DNA of 64,000 bases from Stegostoma tigrinum (GCF_030684315.1 NC_081393.1:11171565-11235564); one strand, 5' to 3'. Positions 1-12,934 are shown, counted from the stretch's first letter. Numbers and translations: made by a program. Notes: generated by a model from the sequence alone, not told the origin.

Positions 1-250
1 TTAAAGGAGAATTAAGATAAAATGGAGATGAGGAAGCATTTCTTCTCTCAAAATGTGTGAGTCATTGAAACTCTTCAGCACTGAGTCCTTTAAGATATTT
101 AAGGCTGAGATAAGTGGGGGTTCAGTGGGGGAATCAAAGGTTACAAACAAAGAGCAGAAAAGTGGATGTGAGGAGTGTCAGATCAGCCATGATTGTATTG
201 AACGGTACAGCAGGTTTAAGGGGCTGAATAGCCTACTCCTGTCGCTATTT
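1..250 (+). mobile_element. CR1/HER1-like LINE 3' end fragment
   Basis: gagatgaggaagcatttcttctc...gatcagccatgat...gggctgaatagcctactcctg; the same 3' end recurs throughout the window. Confidence 0.7.
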
Positions 251-1639
251 CTTCTGGTAGTACCTGCAGTAGTGTGCCCTTATGTCTTGTTGTAATGTTT
301 CATCCAGGAGACATTGCATCTCACATTCAATGCAGCACTGAAATGCCAGCCAAGTTGTGATCAAGTGTTTCTATGACTCCTAAACTTCAGACTATAAACA
401 AAGTCAAGTCAACAAGTGGGTCTTCTCAGGGATAAAGGCAAAACTGAACTCACTTCAGCAGCAAATATTCTCCCAAAATTAGAAATGGTTTCCAATATTT
501 AATGGAAAAGCTTATGAAGCTACAAAATAGGAAGTGAATAAACTTGCAAGTAACAGTGACTCATGTAGCAACTGGTCTTCAGCACATAAAAGTCACAAGG
601 CCACTTTGATATCCCGTGAAGTAAATTGTTTTGACACTCTGATGTTCCATTGACAGCATTCTTGATGTTTATTGCTCGGTAAGTAGCTGAAAAAAGTCAT
701 TTCAATTAAGAGTAATTATGTAGTGTCAGGATTGAGCAGGAACTATTGATAATATCATTCAAAGCTCGACCCTTCAAGCCCAAAACTGAACATTTTTCAT
801 TGGAGTACAACATATTCAGTCCTGGAAAGTATTCACTACTTCTCGCACTTTGAGCCAGAGAGTTTTAAGAACTCCAATGGCAATATTGACATTGCTTGGC
901 GAGCTTGTTTTTACAGGCAGAACCATCATTTCAGAGACTGGTAAAAATCACTTCATTTAAAATGGACAACAATATACTCAAGAAATTTTTACAAGAGAAA
1001 ATTACATTTTGGTTTCACACAGTGCAGCTTCCCCACACATATAATTTTATTCTCTATGCGACACACCATGGGTAATGCATGAGGGAAATGACACTGTGAA
1101 ACCACATGAAGAAGTGTGAAGAACACTGTGCATCACATTGCCTTTTTGAAAACATTGGTGATTCTGGCAACAAACACAGGTTGCTTCAGTCATTCTCTAA
1201 AGTCTCAGTCCAACTGAGAACGAGCAGTGCTTTTCGAGTAAATTTGACCACACACATTTTTTGAAAAAAAATTTCTAGTTGACAGATAAAGTGTTTTGCT
1301 CTGTTGTCGTGTTTGTATCTGTTGTCTTCTTGTTCATCTTTCCCTCATCATTCCACAGATTTCCAAAGAAAAATTAGTTGTCCACCATTTAGTTGGGCAT
1401 CAGTCAACTGCATTAATTAATGAAAACCATCACAAATGTCAGAAAACTTAAATAAAAGCAAACACTTTATGTTAACAACTATGTTGTTTGATGTTTTAGA
1501 TGCCAATTTTCAACTGACAGCCAGGTGATATTCAAAAAGACTAATCGTGAGGATTCAGGGCAATCATGTTCTGGTGCAGGAAATGGGTGGCACCAACAAG
1601 TTCAGAGAATTCTGGGATTTACAGAATTGGCAAAGTTAA

Positions 1640-3240
1640 AAAAAAACTTTCAACAGATACCGAGGGTTGAAAACAGCAGATGACTTGTAAAGCTTGAGAA
1701 ACTTTAACAAGTTACTGCAAAAAGCAATTAGGAGAGTGAAGAGAGGGTATGAAAAAAGACTGGCCGTTAACATCGAGGGAAATGCAAAGGCATTTTACAA
1801 GTATATTGGGGCAAGAGACAAACAGCAAGGCCCATTTGAGACCAAAGTACCAATTGGTGTGTAGAACTAGAAGACATAGTTGAGAGTTTACTTGGTACTT
1901 TGCATGTGTTTTCACTTTAGAGAAGGACAATGAAGGTACAGAGTTCAGAGAGGGGAACAGTGATATAAATGAGTAAATGAGCATTGAGATGAAGGAGGTA
2001 GTAATGGTTTTAGCAGGTTAGAAAGTGAATACATCTCCACGCCCAGAGAACATGCATCCCAGGCTGCACCATTATTCAGGAAAGGTGGGAGGGGTAAATG
2101 AAATAACCTCCCTATTTTTATATTCCATTCTCTTTGAAATAAAGACAAACATTTAATTTGTTTTTCAAATTACCTGCTGAACTTGGATGCTAGTTTATTG
2201 TGATTCATGCATCTCAGTTCAGGTCACTATACTTGAAGAACCATGCAGTTCTGGTCACCACACTGTAGGAACCATGTGTTTGGAGAAGGTTCAGAAAAAA
2301 ATTACCAGAATGTTGCTGGGAGTGGAGGGTGTAAGTTATTTTTAAAAAAGGCCAGGTAGGCCAGGATTTTTTTCACTGGAGCATAAGACGTTGAGGGGTT
2401 TATAAAATCATGAGGGGTATAGATAATGGGAATAGCAATGGTTTTTTTCCCCTCTGGCTGGGGATTCAAAACTAGGGGGCATGTTTTTAAAGGAAGAGGA
2501 GAAAGGTTTAAAAAGGACAAGGGATAACTTTTTTTCCCACAGAGAGTAGTCTGTATGTGGAATGAACTGCCAGAAGAAGTGGTGGAGGCAGGTCCAGTTT
2601 CAATATTTAAAAGACATTTGGAAAGCTACATGAACAAGAAATGTTTGGAGGAGTGTGTGGGCCCAGCACAGGCAGGTGGGACAATTTCAGTTTGGGGACG
2701 TGGTCAACATGAAAGAATTGGACCCAAGGGTCTTCTTCCATGCTGTGTGACTCTATACTTCTATGTTGGTTGCAGGGAAGGTGAAGAGGATTATATCTGG
2801 GCCAGAGCTGCTCAGCAATGGAAGGGCTGGGGTCGTCTTACTCAAAGCAGGCAGGGCCGAGTGGGGACCTGACTGGGCTGTGCACAGTTATGCAGGGTTT
2901 AGACAGGGTTATATGGAGAAACATTTTCCCTTTGTGAAGGGGTCACTAATTTGGGGGCACAGTTTTAAGCTAAGATTTCGAGGGGATTTGAGAAAAAATG
3001 TTTTTTTTTTAACCAGACAGTTGTTGTGTTACTACAAGTCACTGCCTGAAAAGGGTGCAGAGGTGGGAAGCCTCAAGACCTGAAGTAGTATTCAGGTGGT
3101 CCATTGAAATCCCGGAGAAAACGACGCTGCGGGGCAGGCGCTGGAAATTGGGATGAGAATGGATGGAAGTTTGATGACCTGCGCGGCTAAAATCGCCTAA
3201 AAAGGGGCCTCTTTCCCTGCTGTGCCAGCTATGACTTTGT
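1640..3240 (+). mobile_element. Cluster of decayed CR1 LINE fragments
   Basis: ORF2-like remnants (WNELPEEVVEAG..IFKRHL) and CR1 3' ends; mostly plus strand. Confidence 0.7.
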
Positions 3241-3285
3241 GAAAGTCTATTACTCCTTTCAAAAGTTTCCACATTTTTTTAAATC

Positions 3286-3473
3286 AGACAGTAGGAACTG
3301 CCGATGCTGGAGTCCGAGATAACACAGTGCGGAGCCGGAGGAACGCAGCAGGCCGGGCAGCATCGGAGAAAGTTGACATTTCGGGTCGGAACCCTTAAGA
3401 AAGGGTCAGCTTTGCTGCTCCTCTGATGCTGCCTGGTCTGCGGTGTTCCTCCGACTCCACACTCTGTTATCTC
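3286..3473. mobile_element. Penelope-derived mini element, foldback (inverted) pair
   Basis: gagataacacagtgcggag...gcagcatc is followed by its imperfect reverse complement gatgctgcc...ctgttatctc. Confidence 0.7.
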
Positions 3474-3728
3474 CAAACTTTTGTACCGTCTCATCTAAGC
3501 CACACAAAAAGAACATGGCAATGCAGTTATAACTGTAAGCAGTGGTCGGCTGTCTGGGACAGTAGCTACCCAGCTGTTCACCAGGACAATCTGTCCGAGG
3601 TGACGAGTTCAATGGACTGGGAGTGAACAATATATCTGCCCGGCGCAGCTGAAACGCTTGTTAGGTTTCAACAAGCCTGGGAGAGAACTAAAACACAAAT
3701 TACAGCGGCCGCTCCATCTGAGACTTAC

Positions 3729-3842
3729 CATTCCCTGGAGCTCGATATCTTGATCGTCTGTTAGTATGAACACGATATTCCGTCTATCACAGTGTCCCAA
3801 GCGAAAGGACGCGATCAGGAGTAAAACTGCGACCAACTTCAT
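3729..3842 (-). CDS. GNS: N-acetylglucosamine-6-sulfatase (GNS)-like, coding exon 1 (signal peptide plus start of sulfatase domain)
   Basis: MKLVAVLLLIASFRLGHCDRRNIVFILTDDQDIELQGM: hydrophobic signal peptide followed by the GNS/SULF-type NIxxxLTDDQD motif. Ends at ATG|gtaagt (phase-0 donor), the position where GNS exon 1 ends as recalled. Orthologue versus paralogue is unresolved. Confidence 0.75.
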
Positions 3843-3844
3843 GA

Positions 3845-4130
3845 TGTGGTGTCGGTCGGAAGAGAAGCGAGCGGAGACGGCTCGGGATTGCGGAGGGGGG
3901 GGGGGGGTGAATCGCTGGAATTCCCTGCCCGCCCCCGACGGCGCTCACAGCCAGTTCCGAGCGGCGGTCGCTTCCGGGTTCCGAGTAGGGACGAGGGCAG
4001 CAGGAGGTGGAGCGAACAGGCGAAGCCCGCAGCCAATTGGCCGGCTCGCTGCAACGTCAGTCTGTCAATGCCTTTCTGAAATGACCAGTTGGAGTGCTCG
4101 CTTCGCAGGACACGGCTCGCCTTCGCTGTG
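3845..4130. promoter_or_regulatory. CpG-island promoter of the GNS-like gene
   Basis: CpG-dense, GC-rich stretch directly upstream of the minus-strand ATG; contains cttccggg/ttccg ETS-like sites, GC boxes and the palindrome gccaattggc (CCAAT on both strands, ~4032-4041). Confidence 0.65.
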
Positions 4131-4319
4131 TTTTTCACTTGAGAGGTTCTGAAACTCTGTCGGCTGGACTGGTTGCCATTTTAAACTCACCTTTTTTTTG
4201 AAAAACAAAGCACGGAAATAAATCGAAATAGAGATAGCCAATATAAAAAGTTGGATTTGAAATTAACTTCTTGCTGGAGGACATGAACTATTTGAGGAGC
4301 GACAGATATCAATCCAAAC

Positions 4320-4501
4320 CCCAGATGTCAATCCAAGATAATAAAGTGTGGAGCGGGATGAACACAGCAGGCCAAGCAGCATCTCAGGAGCACAACAGCT
4401 GACCTTTCGGGCCTAGACATCAGCTTTTGTGCTCCTGAGATGCTTTGTTATCTCGGATTCTCCAGCATCTGCAGCTCCCATTATCCCAGATGTCAATCCA
4501 A
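4320..4501. mobile_element. Penelope-derived mini element, inverted structure with 17-bp target-site duplication
   Basis: cccagatgtcaatccaa at 4320-4336 and 4485-4501 flanks the insert. Confidence 0.75.
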
Positions 4502-5134
4502 CTTTTTTACCCACACGTTTTGGTTTCAAAGGAACATTTCTCCCACAGGGTGGAGGTAAATATATTTAACCTTTGAGTCAACAACATCTCCCACCATGGC
4601 GGACCCTATGCCTTCCCGACAAAAACAAAGTCACCGGAAAAGTTCAGCAGGTCTGGCAGCATCTGTGAAGGACAAAAAAAAAAATCAGAGTTAATGTTTT
4701 GGGTCTGGTGATCCTTCCTCAGAAACTCCCTTCCCGACGTGTGCAATAATCTTCGATGGTAAAACTTCCGGACTCAATACATGACTCTATTACAATTCAA
4801 AGTACCGCCCTCATCCTCACCTGTCCAACGTTTTGCGCTGTCGAGGCAACTGAGCTAATGAGGACATCTCTCAACTAATTTCTCAGTCCCCTCTTCCCCA
4901 AGGTCATGATCCCATCTGGGTTTTTGTCTTGTTGTCTCCTTTTCTCTCACTGGCGCTCAGGCTGTCACCTCTCCATTCACAAGGGATGCAAGTCTTGACC
5001 AGATTTTTAAAAGAAGCAAGGAGGAATTTGCAGATGCTCTTAGCACCTTCCAATATCGTCTGTTTAAGCAGGGTGCCAGGGAATTACATTGTTTAAGAAG
5101 GACAGCGAGAATTTGTTTGTTGAGACAAATAATA

Positions 5135-5675
5135 GTCACACAGCACGGAAGCAGATCCTTCAGTCCAACCACTCCATGTGCACCATAATTACAAACCCAA
5201 CTTGTCGCATCTGCCTGAACTTGGCCCATATGTTTCCAAACATTGCTTAGTCATGTACTTCGCTAAATGTCTTTTAACCATTGTTACTATACCCACATTC
5301 ACCACTTCATCAGGAAGTTCAACCATGCAGGAGCCAATCTCTGTGTAAAAAAAAAACTTGCCCCCCACATATCTTTTTAAAATTTTTCCCCTCTCACCTT
5401 GAAAATATGCCACTTAGTCTTGTTCCCCTGCCTGAGAAAAAACACAATATCTTTCACCTTGTCTGTACTCCTCATGATTTTTCAATCTTTATAAGGTCTT
5501 TATAAGGCCCTCAACCTTCTATGCTTCAGTGAAAAGAAGCCTGAGCCTCTCCAGCCTCTCCTTATAACTCAAACCTTCCATTCCTGGTTAATGTTTTTTG
5601 AACCTCTTCAGCTTCACAATATCCTTCCGTTTAATGGGTGACCAGAACTGAACACAGAATTCCAGAAGAGGCCTC
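5135..5675 (-). mobile_element. CR1 LINE 3' fragment
   Basis: Minus-strand ELPDEVVNVG..KRHLAKYM remnant plus CR1 3' end. Confidence 0.7.
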
Positions 5676-6820
5676 TTTGATACAGAACAAAATATCATTA
5701 AAAAACAGCATATGGCATTGAAACAATATCAGTTCTGAATTTCAGTTTGAAGATTTATGCATTTTTGTTATCCAAACATTGAATGAAAATGGGATAAAAG
5801 ATTTAGGCTACAGATCTCAGTGAGCAACTAAGTGACCCACTTCAATGGTTCTGTATGCTTACAGATCAATAACCTGAGACCAGTGATCTCAGAAGGACTG
5901 GAGGGAATTTGAGGAACAAGGTCTTTCTCCAGAGCATTGCGGGGGGCGGGATGGATTTAATGTCTGAAGGGTCATCAGAAGCAGAGATTTTGATCATGGT
6001 TATGGTGAAAACGCTGATACCTAAAAAAGTTACAGACCAAGAACTGGAAAATGGGATGAGGTTACAACTACCTTTAAACCAAATAGACATGATGGGCTGA
6101 ATGGTGTCCTTGTGTGTTGTTAGTGTCTAAAATTGTATTGTCAGCCAATATGCCTTTAGCATCTCAAAGTCTGTGCAAAGTTTCGGTCTCTTCACCACTT
6201 CCCTTCTTGTTTTCACGAGTTCCCTCAACTCTGTGCCTGTGAGTCACCCCACTCTAATCTTGTTTTATCTTTTGTCACTGTTTGATCTGTGAAATAGGAA
6301 TTATTTTGGGACATCTGAATACATCTTGATGGCCTTGCTTTAATTGTGGCTTCAGAAACCATTCCAGTGACCTGTGCTGTGCTCAACCATGCATATCAGA
6401 ATGACTCAAAGTGAGTATCCAGACTTTAGTAGCTCATTTCAGGCAGCTGGAAGATTTTAATATTGAACATGGGAAGAGAAGGAGGCCATTCATCCCATCC
6501 AGCCAGTTCAACATTCGACAAGGTCATGGCTGATCTGTAGCTTATATACCTCCCTTGGACCCATATCCCTTTGCTTCCCAAAATGTACCAGTTTCAAATT
6601 TAAAATGAACAACTCACTGATTATTGATTTGGAATAGAGAGGAAATAAAGTTTAGCTCAGATTCACTAGTCAGTGACTCATGCTTGAAACTGTGTAGACC
6701 CTGGGGAACACAGGTTGCACAAGCTTTTTAGGTGGCCTCAGCCACGATGACTAACTACTTAAAAAATGCCATAAATGGAGGCTGGGTTTGTGCAATCCAC
6801 AGAACTGTACCCCAAAAGCA

Positions 6821-7325
6821 TCAGAGATAATGGGGACCGCAGATGTTGGGGAATCCGAGATAACAAAGTGTGGAGTTGGATGAACAAGGCAGGCCAAGCA
6901 GCATCTCAGGAGCGCAAAAGCTGACGTTTCGGGCCCAGACGCTTCAGCAGAAAAAGGCGAATGGGGAGAGGATTCTGAAATAAATAGGGAGAGAGGGGAG
7001 GTGGATCGAAGATGGATAGAGGAGAAGATAGGTGGAGAGGAGAGTATAGGTGGGGAGGTAGGGAGATGATAGGTCAGTCCAGAGGGGATGGACAGGTCAA
7101 GGGGGCAGGATGAGGTTAGTAGGTAGGAGATGGGGATGGGCTTGAGGTGGGAGGAAGGACAAGTTAGGGAGGTGGAGACGAACTGGGCTGGTTTTGGGAC
7201 GCGGTGGGGGAAGGGGAGATTTTGAAGCTGGTGAAGTCCACATTGATACCATTGGGCTGCAGGGTTCCCAAGTGGAATATGAGTTGCTGTTCCTGCAACC
7301 TTCAGGTGGCATCGTTGTGGCACTT
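6821..7325 (-). mobile_element. Penelope-like element 3' fragment (GIY-YIG C-terminus plus pLTR with hammerhead motif)
   Basis: Minus frame reads CHNDAT*RLQEQQLIFHLGTLQPNGINVDFTSFK (typical PLE endonuclease end), then a pyrimidine-rich tract, then ctgctgaagcgtctgggcccgaaacgtc. Confidence 0.8.
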
Positions 7326-7754
7326 GGCAGAAGGACCCTGCTATCGGGCGAACTGAAGCAATGGCCATAAGTCGGGTTGCGAAGGAACGGACGTTCCTCT
7401 TGATAGTGAGAGACATTTTTGTTGGCAAAGGAGGTGTCTCTGTCTCCCTATTTGTTTCAGATTCCCCTTCCCCTCCCCCATTTCTGAAAAATAGCAGTTC
7501 CTACTATCTCTGTTACACGCCTGTGAAACTGCGTCGGAGCTCATTTTTCTTTGTTGGAATGTCAGCAAAAGTCTCATTTCGTTTTTGCATTCACGTGGGG
7601 TTCAGAACTTGTGGAAACACAATGCATTCCAGAGAGAGCGGGGAGCTGAAGTTGCCTCAGTGTTGCAGACAGAGTTGATAGACGTGCCTAATGGTAGTTT
7701 GCTGGGTTGAATCAGAGTGTTTGCGCTGCTGAGTGGACTTGGTTATTGCAGGAG

Positions 7755-7875
7755 GAAGCAGAGGATGAGCGCTCCGTGTCGCGGCCGGTCCCGTCTCCCC
7801 TGTGCGCGTGCCCGCCGACACGAGCACGCGCACGCTCGCCGGGCGTGAGCCACTTCCGCGGCTCAGTCGGTGGAG
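7755..7875 (+). promoter_or_regulatory. CpG-island promoter / probable non-coding first exon of POLM
   Basis: Local CpG cluster with gcgcgtgc/gcacgcgcacgc (NRF1-like) and cacttccgc (ETS-like) motifs, about 400 bp upstream of the POLM ATG. Confidence 0.55.
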
Positions 7876-8261
7876 CCATTGTAAATGACGCTCGGTTTGG
7901 CTGCAAAAGCTTCCCGTGTTGCAGTGTGGGTGCGCTCAACCGCTCAGTTACTTTATTTACAATGTCCCCCATGTTTGTCAGGCTTAAAGAGCAGCAGCTT
8001 TCAGCTTCTAGGGAGGGCTCTTTCGGTTTTGCTTGTGTGTTTCTGTATGCCTGTGCCTGGATTTTCTGGGTATCACAAGCTGGCAATAGCAACACTCCTG
8101 AAGCTAAGTGACCTGCTGAGGCAGTGGCCGCTACCGTCACTGACCCAGCAGCAATGGAAACAGGGCCTGGAGGGTTACATGTGGTGCATTTCACTGGGAA
8201 CTGCCAGTCTTCTCTCTCTCACATTTGACTTTGTTGTTTTCTGTCTCTTTCCCAGCTCAGC

Positions 8262-8467
8262 ATGGCCTTGCTGCCTCAGAAGAAGAAGCGGAAGGATCCA
8301 GGTCTTCCTGGTGCCTCTCACTCTTGGGCTGGAGATGGTCCCCTGACGTTGGCAAAGTTCTCTGAAGTTGGCATATTTTTGGTGGAGAGGAAAATGGGCT
8401 CGAGCAGGAGAAGCTTTCTCTCACAGCTTGCTCGGAAAAAGGGGTTTCGAGTGGAAGAGCGGATGAG
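8262..8467 (+). CDS. POLM: DNA polymerase mu, coding exon 1 (NLS plus BRCT start)
   Basis: MALLPQKKKRK...FLVERKMGSSRRSFLSQLARKKGFRVEERM matches the Pol mu/TdT BRCT N-terminus; donor AG|gtgtgt, phase 2. Confidence 0.92.
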
Positions 8468-8514
8468 GTGTGTGAGCTGGAGTTATGCATTGCACCGAAG
8501 GTTTGACGACTGAT

Positions 8515-8800
8515 TGATTGTAGAATCCCTACGGTGCAGGCAGAAGCCGTTTGGCCCATCAGGTCTGCACTAACCCTCTAAAGAGCATCCCACCCAGAGT
8601 CACCTTTTCACCCTATTCCCATAATCCCATATTAACTGTGGCCAATCTATTGTACACCTTTGGACGGTGGGGGGGAAACAGTGTACCTGGCAGAAACTCC
8701 CACACATGGACAGAACAGGCAGACTCCCCACAGACAGTCAGCCAAGACTGGAATCAAACCCAAATCCTTGGTGCTGTGAGGTAATAATACTAACTACAGC
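8515..8800 (-). mobile_element. HE1-like tRNA-derived SINE
   Basis: Diverged reverse complement of the copy at ~45185-45485: tRNA-like head, central domain and CR1/HER1-type tail. Confidence 0.7.
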
Positions 8801-9799
8801 TTCGTCACTTTTAAACCGTACTCGCCGTGAGTATGACATAACTGGGATATATCCCATGAACTGTTGTCAAGTGTTGCCTAGCACTGCTAGCATGTGGAAG
8901 GAAGCCATTTAACTTAGTTCGGTAGGAGGCCGTTCTGGCTCTCCAAATTGGCACAGTGATTTAATGCCATTTTCCTGTACTTTCCCCTAAAATCCTGCAT
9001 GTTGTTTCTATGTAAATCATTGTCATTGCCCTCTTGAATACTCCCCGTGAGCTCCTACTATTATCATCATTAAATATTAGTTGATAGTATTGAACTTCAG
9101 TTGCTTCAAAAATTGTCAAAGTTATTCATCTTGCAGATATCATGATATTTTGTAAGATGACACATTGAAGATGAAAACCAAAATGGAAATTGCATGGGCA
9201 AGAGTGTGATGGGTTGGCAGTGGATCTTTTGATTGAGAGTTGAGTTGCCGTGAAGGCGGCTTTGGATGATGTTAACTGACAATTCACAGCCAGTCTTTGT
9301 TTCAATTTTAAAATGGGCAGATTGACTCAGTTTGATGTGGGCGTTGCCCTGAGAAATGGAACCAGTGATCGGCTGTGACCTATTCTATTGCAATGGAACA
9401 CTTGCAGTGCATCTCACTGTTCTTGGGGTCTGCAAAGGACAGGGCCTTGTGTATTCATCTGTGTAGCTTCTGCTACATGCATGTGAGTCATGCTGTGAAC
9501 CCGACTGACCATACTGAATTAGTTGTTGGTGTAGTTTATGGCAAATTCAGGATTATGTGGCAAATTGCTTCCATTTGCAGAGTCACATATAACACTGGAA
9601 ACAGTTGCGATGGCTCGTGAGGACAGACATTGTTTGTTTCAAAAAGGGGCCATGCTGCCTGATGCAATCCACCCATTTCTTTGGCATGGACAGATTACCT
9701 ACATGGAATTGCAACAGACTACAATTAATAAACCACATTACTTGAGTGACAGACAGGGCAGTTTGCCGATTTGACAGTAGTATCCAAGAATTGTAACAT

Positions 9800-10350
9800 C
9801 TCAAAGAGGCCCTTCAGTCTTTTCAATCCATACTGCCAAAAATACACTCTGAATGACACTTGTCTCTCACTCTCCTGCACTGAATTGACCCTTCAAGTGC
9901 TCATCCATGCACTTATTAAATGTCGTGAGGTGCCCCGCCTCAACTATCCTCCCAGGCAGTGCATTCCAGTCTCCAAACACACTGGGTTTTTCCCCCACAC
10001 GACTTTTCCTCACTTCCCCTCTTAACCTCCTGAATTTCACTTGAAAAGTATGCCCCCCTTGTTCTTGACACTTGGACTGAGGGGAAACAGCTGCTCTCTA
10101 TTCACCCTGTCCATGTCCCTGACAATCTCAAGCACCTCTATCAGACCCTCCCTCAATCTTCTCTGCTCTGAATAAAACAATCAGCCTGTCTTTCCAGCTA
10201 AATGGCCCATTCCAAGCACCATCCTGGTGAATCTCCCCTTCAGAGCAGCCTCATCCTTCCTCCCTTAAGAGTGGTCACATCCTTCCTTTAGAGTGGTGAC
10301 CAGAATTGTACACATTACTCCAACTGTGGCCAAACACAAGCTCTGTCCTG
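9800..10350 (-). mobile_element. CR1 LINE 3' fragment
   Basis: gtggtgaccagaattgtacaca and the other CR1 ORF2 3' hallmarks in reverse orientation. Confidence 0.65.
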
Positions 10351-12934
10351 CCAAATCCTGTCCTTGAGCTTGTACAGGTCCTTGCTGCTGTGCCAGGAAC
10401 CTGAAGGTCCCTCTGCTGTCCCACTTCTCCAGCTGTACACCCGGAAGAATCTAGACAATACTACTTTCTAAGATCCTGTTCTTGAACCAATTTTCTGAAA
10501 TTTTCTCTGCACCTTGACGTTTAACTGGTTTGTGTCATTTATTTCAACATAATTTCTTGATCCTGGCACCAGGCAGGCAACAAACTGTTTGGGTCTTGCA
10601 GTCCATAGTTGCAGAAATGCTCCTGTTAGCTTTGGCCAATGTGCGTGAACTTGTACAGTTGTTTCAGTGTATTGCTGGGTCTCTAAAAGTGCCATCTGTG
10701 TAACTGAGTGTAGTTTGGAGGTCACGAAGCTCATGCCTGCTCAGCACTGATCTTAGGGCTCGGTGTGTCAGTAGGATGTTAACATCGTTGTCGGACTGGA
10801 ATTCTTCATCCATCCCAAATTATCCTTGAAGGTGCTGTCAGGAGGCAGGTTAGTCTGTACACGATTTTGTCCTAGAAACCATCCGATCATGACAATGACT
10901 GCCCAAGTCCGAATGATGTAGACTGGTAAACAAAGTGGATGATGATAAACTCTAGAATCTGCTGCTGTAGCTCTAAGAGGCAACAGTGGTTGCATTTTAA
11001 GGAGTGCTGTGCAACCACTTTGAGAATTGCTGCAGTGCTTCTTGTCAATGCAGGTGGGAATTCATTGTGTCACAGCATGTAAATTTCCACAGATTAATAA
11101 AATTCTGTGAAATCTGGGTAAGTTTAGAAAGTAGAAGTAAATAGAATGTATTCTAATATTTTCTTGAGTAACATACAATAAGCAAAGACAAGTGGCAACA
11201 GAGATCATTTGGAAAACATATTGTACAAGAAGACTGATTGATACTGGACAGTTTTTTGTGTCCATGTGTGTCAAGATTAAAAACAAGAAATAAATTGAAG
11301 TTAGCAATGAAGTTGGATAACAGATTTCACGCTAAGGGAAGAAAAAGGAACAGAAAATCTGTTGACAGAACATGGAGTTGAACAATTATTGTTTAAGATT
11401 TTAATTACACATTGATGTGGACAGCAGGAGTGTTAACAAGAAAATATGTACATGACTTATGAGAATAGATCAAAATAACTTAGTGAGAGGAGACAAAATT
11501 GGGCTGAGCATCGTGGGAGTGGTGACTGTAACATGTTGAGCTTGCAGATCCAGATCGAACTCTTTTTCTCTGTTTCTGGGATGTGGGTGTCACGAGCCGG
11601 GTCAGCGTTTATTGCGTGTTGCTTATTGCCCTTGAGAAGCTGATGAACTGCCAGTGCAGAAGTAAGATGGAACGTAGAAGATGATGATGATGACTGTGTA
11701 CCAAAGTCGAAAGTGATGTCGAGAGTATAGGATTGGATTTTTGAAAAGCAGTTCGAAAAGTTTTCTTCTTGGTTCAGCAGATGTCGATGCACTGGAAAGG
11801 GCTGAATTTATTGCTTATCCCCAGTTGCACTGTTAAAAGGTTGTGGCCATGAGCCTCTTTTTTTTGAACATTGGTTGTCCCGAAGTAACTTACATACAGC
11901 TGGATCATGTGGAAGTGGGTTCACTGATTTTGACTCGGAGTGCAAATGGTTGGTGATGTGCTTCTCAATGCAAACCAAATAAAACATATATGGTATTAAA
12001 AATCAGGATTAATCCCTCTAACACATTCCAAAATTTGAAATAATTGATGGAGGGATTAAAACCAGATTAAACCTTTCAGCAGGTATAGCAATTTCATTTT
12101 AAAACAGAAGTTACATTGACACTTTGAAAGGAGGAAGACTGTCTGTTGTTTAAGAGTTGGGGCATTTGTGTGTAATTCATCACGTTTACAGAAGAAGCTG
12201 GTTACATGGCAAGCAGTAAGAAACGGGTTGAATAGTGAGTTTTAGGAAGACCACTGGCAGCGTACTATGGACAGTTTGGGCTCCATATGTTTGGAAGTAT
12301 GTTGGAACAAAATGTAAATTGGGAAGAGTACCTTACTGTGCTGCTTGATAGGGTGAAATAAAGTACAAACAAAAGACTTATAAAATTTGAACTGTTTCCT
12401 GACTGTAAGATTTTCAGGGATTACGCAACAGGATTATTTTCAAGGAATGGGGCAGAATAGAAACAATCTGTTTCCAGTGTTTGGATGGTTAAAGTCAAGA
12501 TGTTGATATTGGATGAAAGAATAAAACTTGGAGACCAAAGTGACTGTTTTTAAAAGAACTGCAAGATTTCAAGGCTGTTTGTGCTTTGATGAACAACTGC
12601 ACAATGTTGACATTTAGACACAGTTAACAAATGATTACACCATAATAGGGAGGTGGCTCAAGTGGCAGTCATCTGGTTAACCTTGGGACCTGAGCAGGCA
12701 AACAGAACTGCAGGAACCTTTAGACGTAAGGTTCAGGAAAATAAAAATGAGATTTTGAAACAGGAGCTGGCAGTGATTTAAGAATAGTGGAATGTGGAAT
12801 TTGAGTTTGTGCAGCATTGATTTGAGGCAACAAAACCTGTCAGCAAACACTGCGAAACTATTTGCATGCTCATGGTAGAAAACTAGTACTGCATTTTTGT
12901 ATACAGTACCTGACATTTTACAAGAACGAGAGGT

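Noticed and set aside
790-810. Minus-strand TPMK-like codons as possible GNS exon 2
   Set aside because: No AG acceptor precedes it and the similarity does not continue.
6751-7428. 225-aa minus-strand ORF
   Set aside because: Off-frame read-through of a Penelope 3' fragment and its low-complexity pyrimidine tract; not a gene.
7707-8346. Overlapping 134-160-aa ORFs on both strands upstream of POLM
   Set aside because: No recognisable domain; expected from stop-poor GC-rich promoter sequence.
10370-10760. Non-repeat-looking stretch with an 88-aa minus ORF as a nested gene in POLM intron 1
   Set aside because: No recognisable motif or coherent exon chain; cannot be supported without a search.
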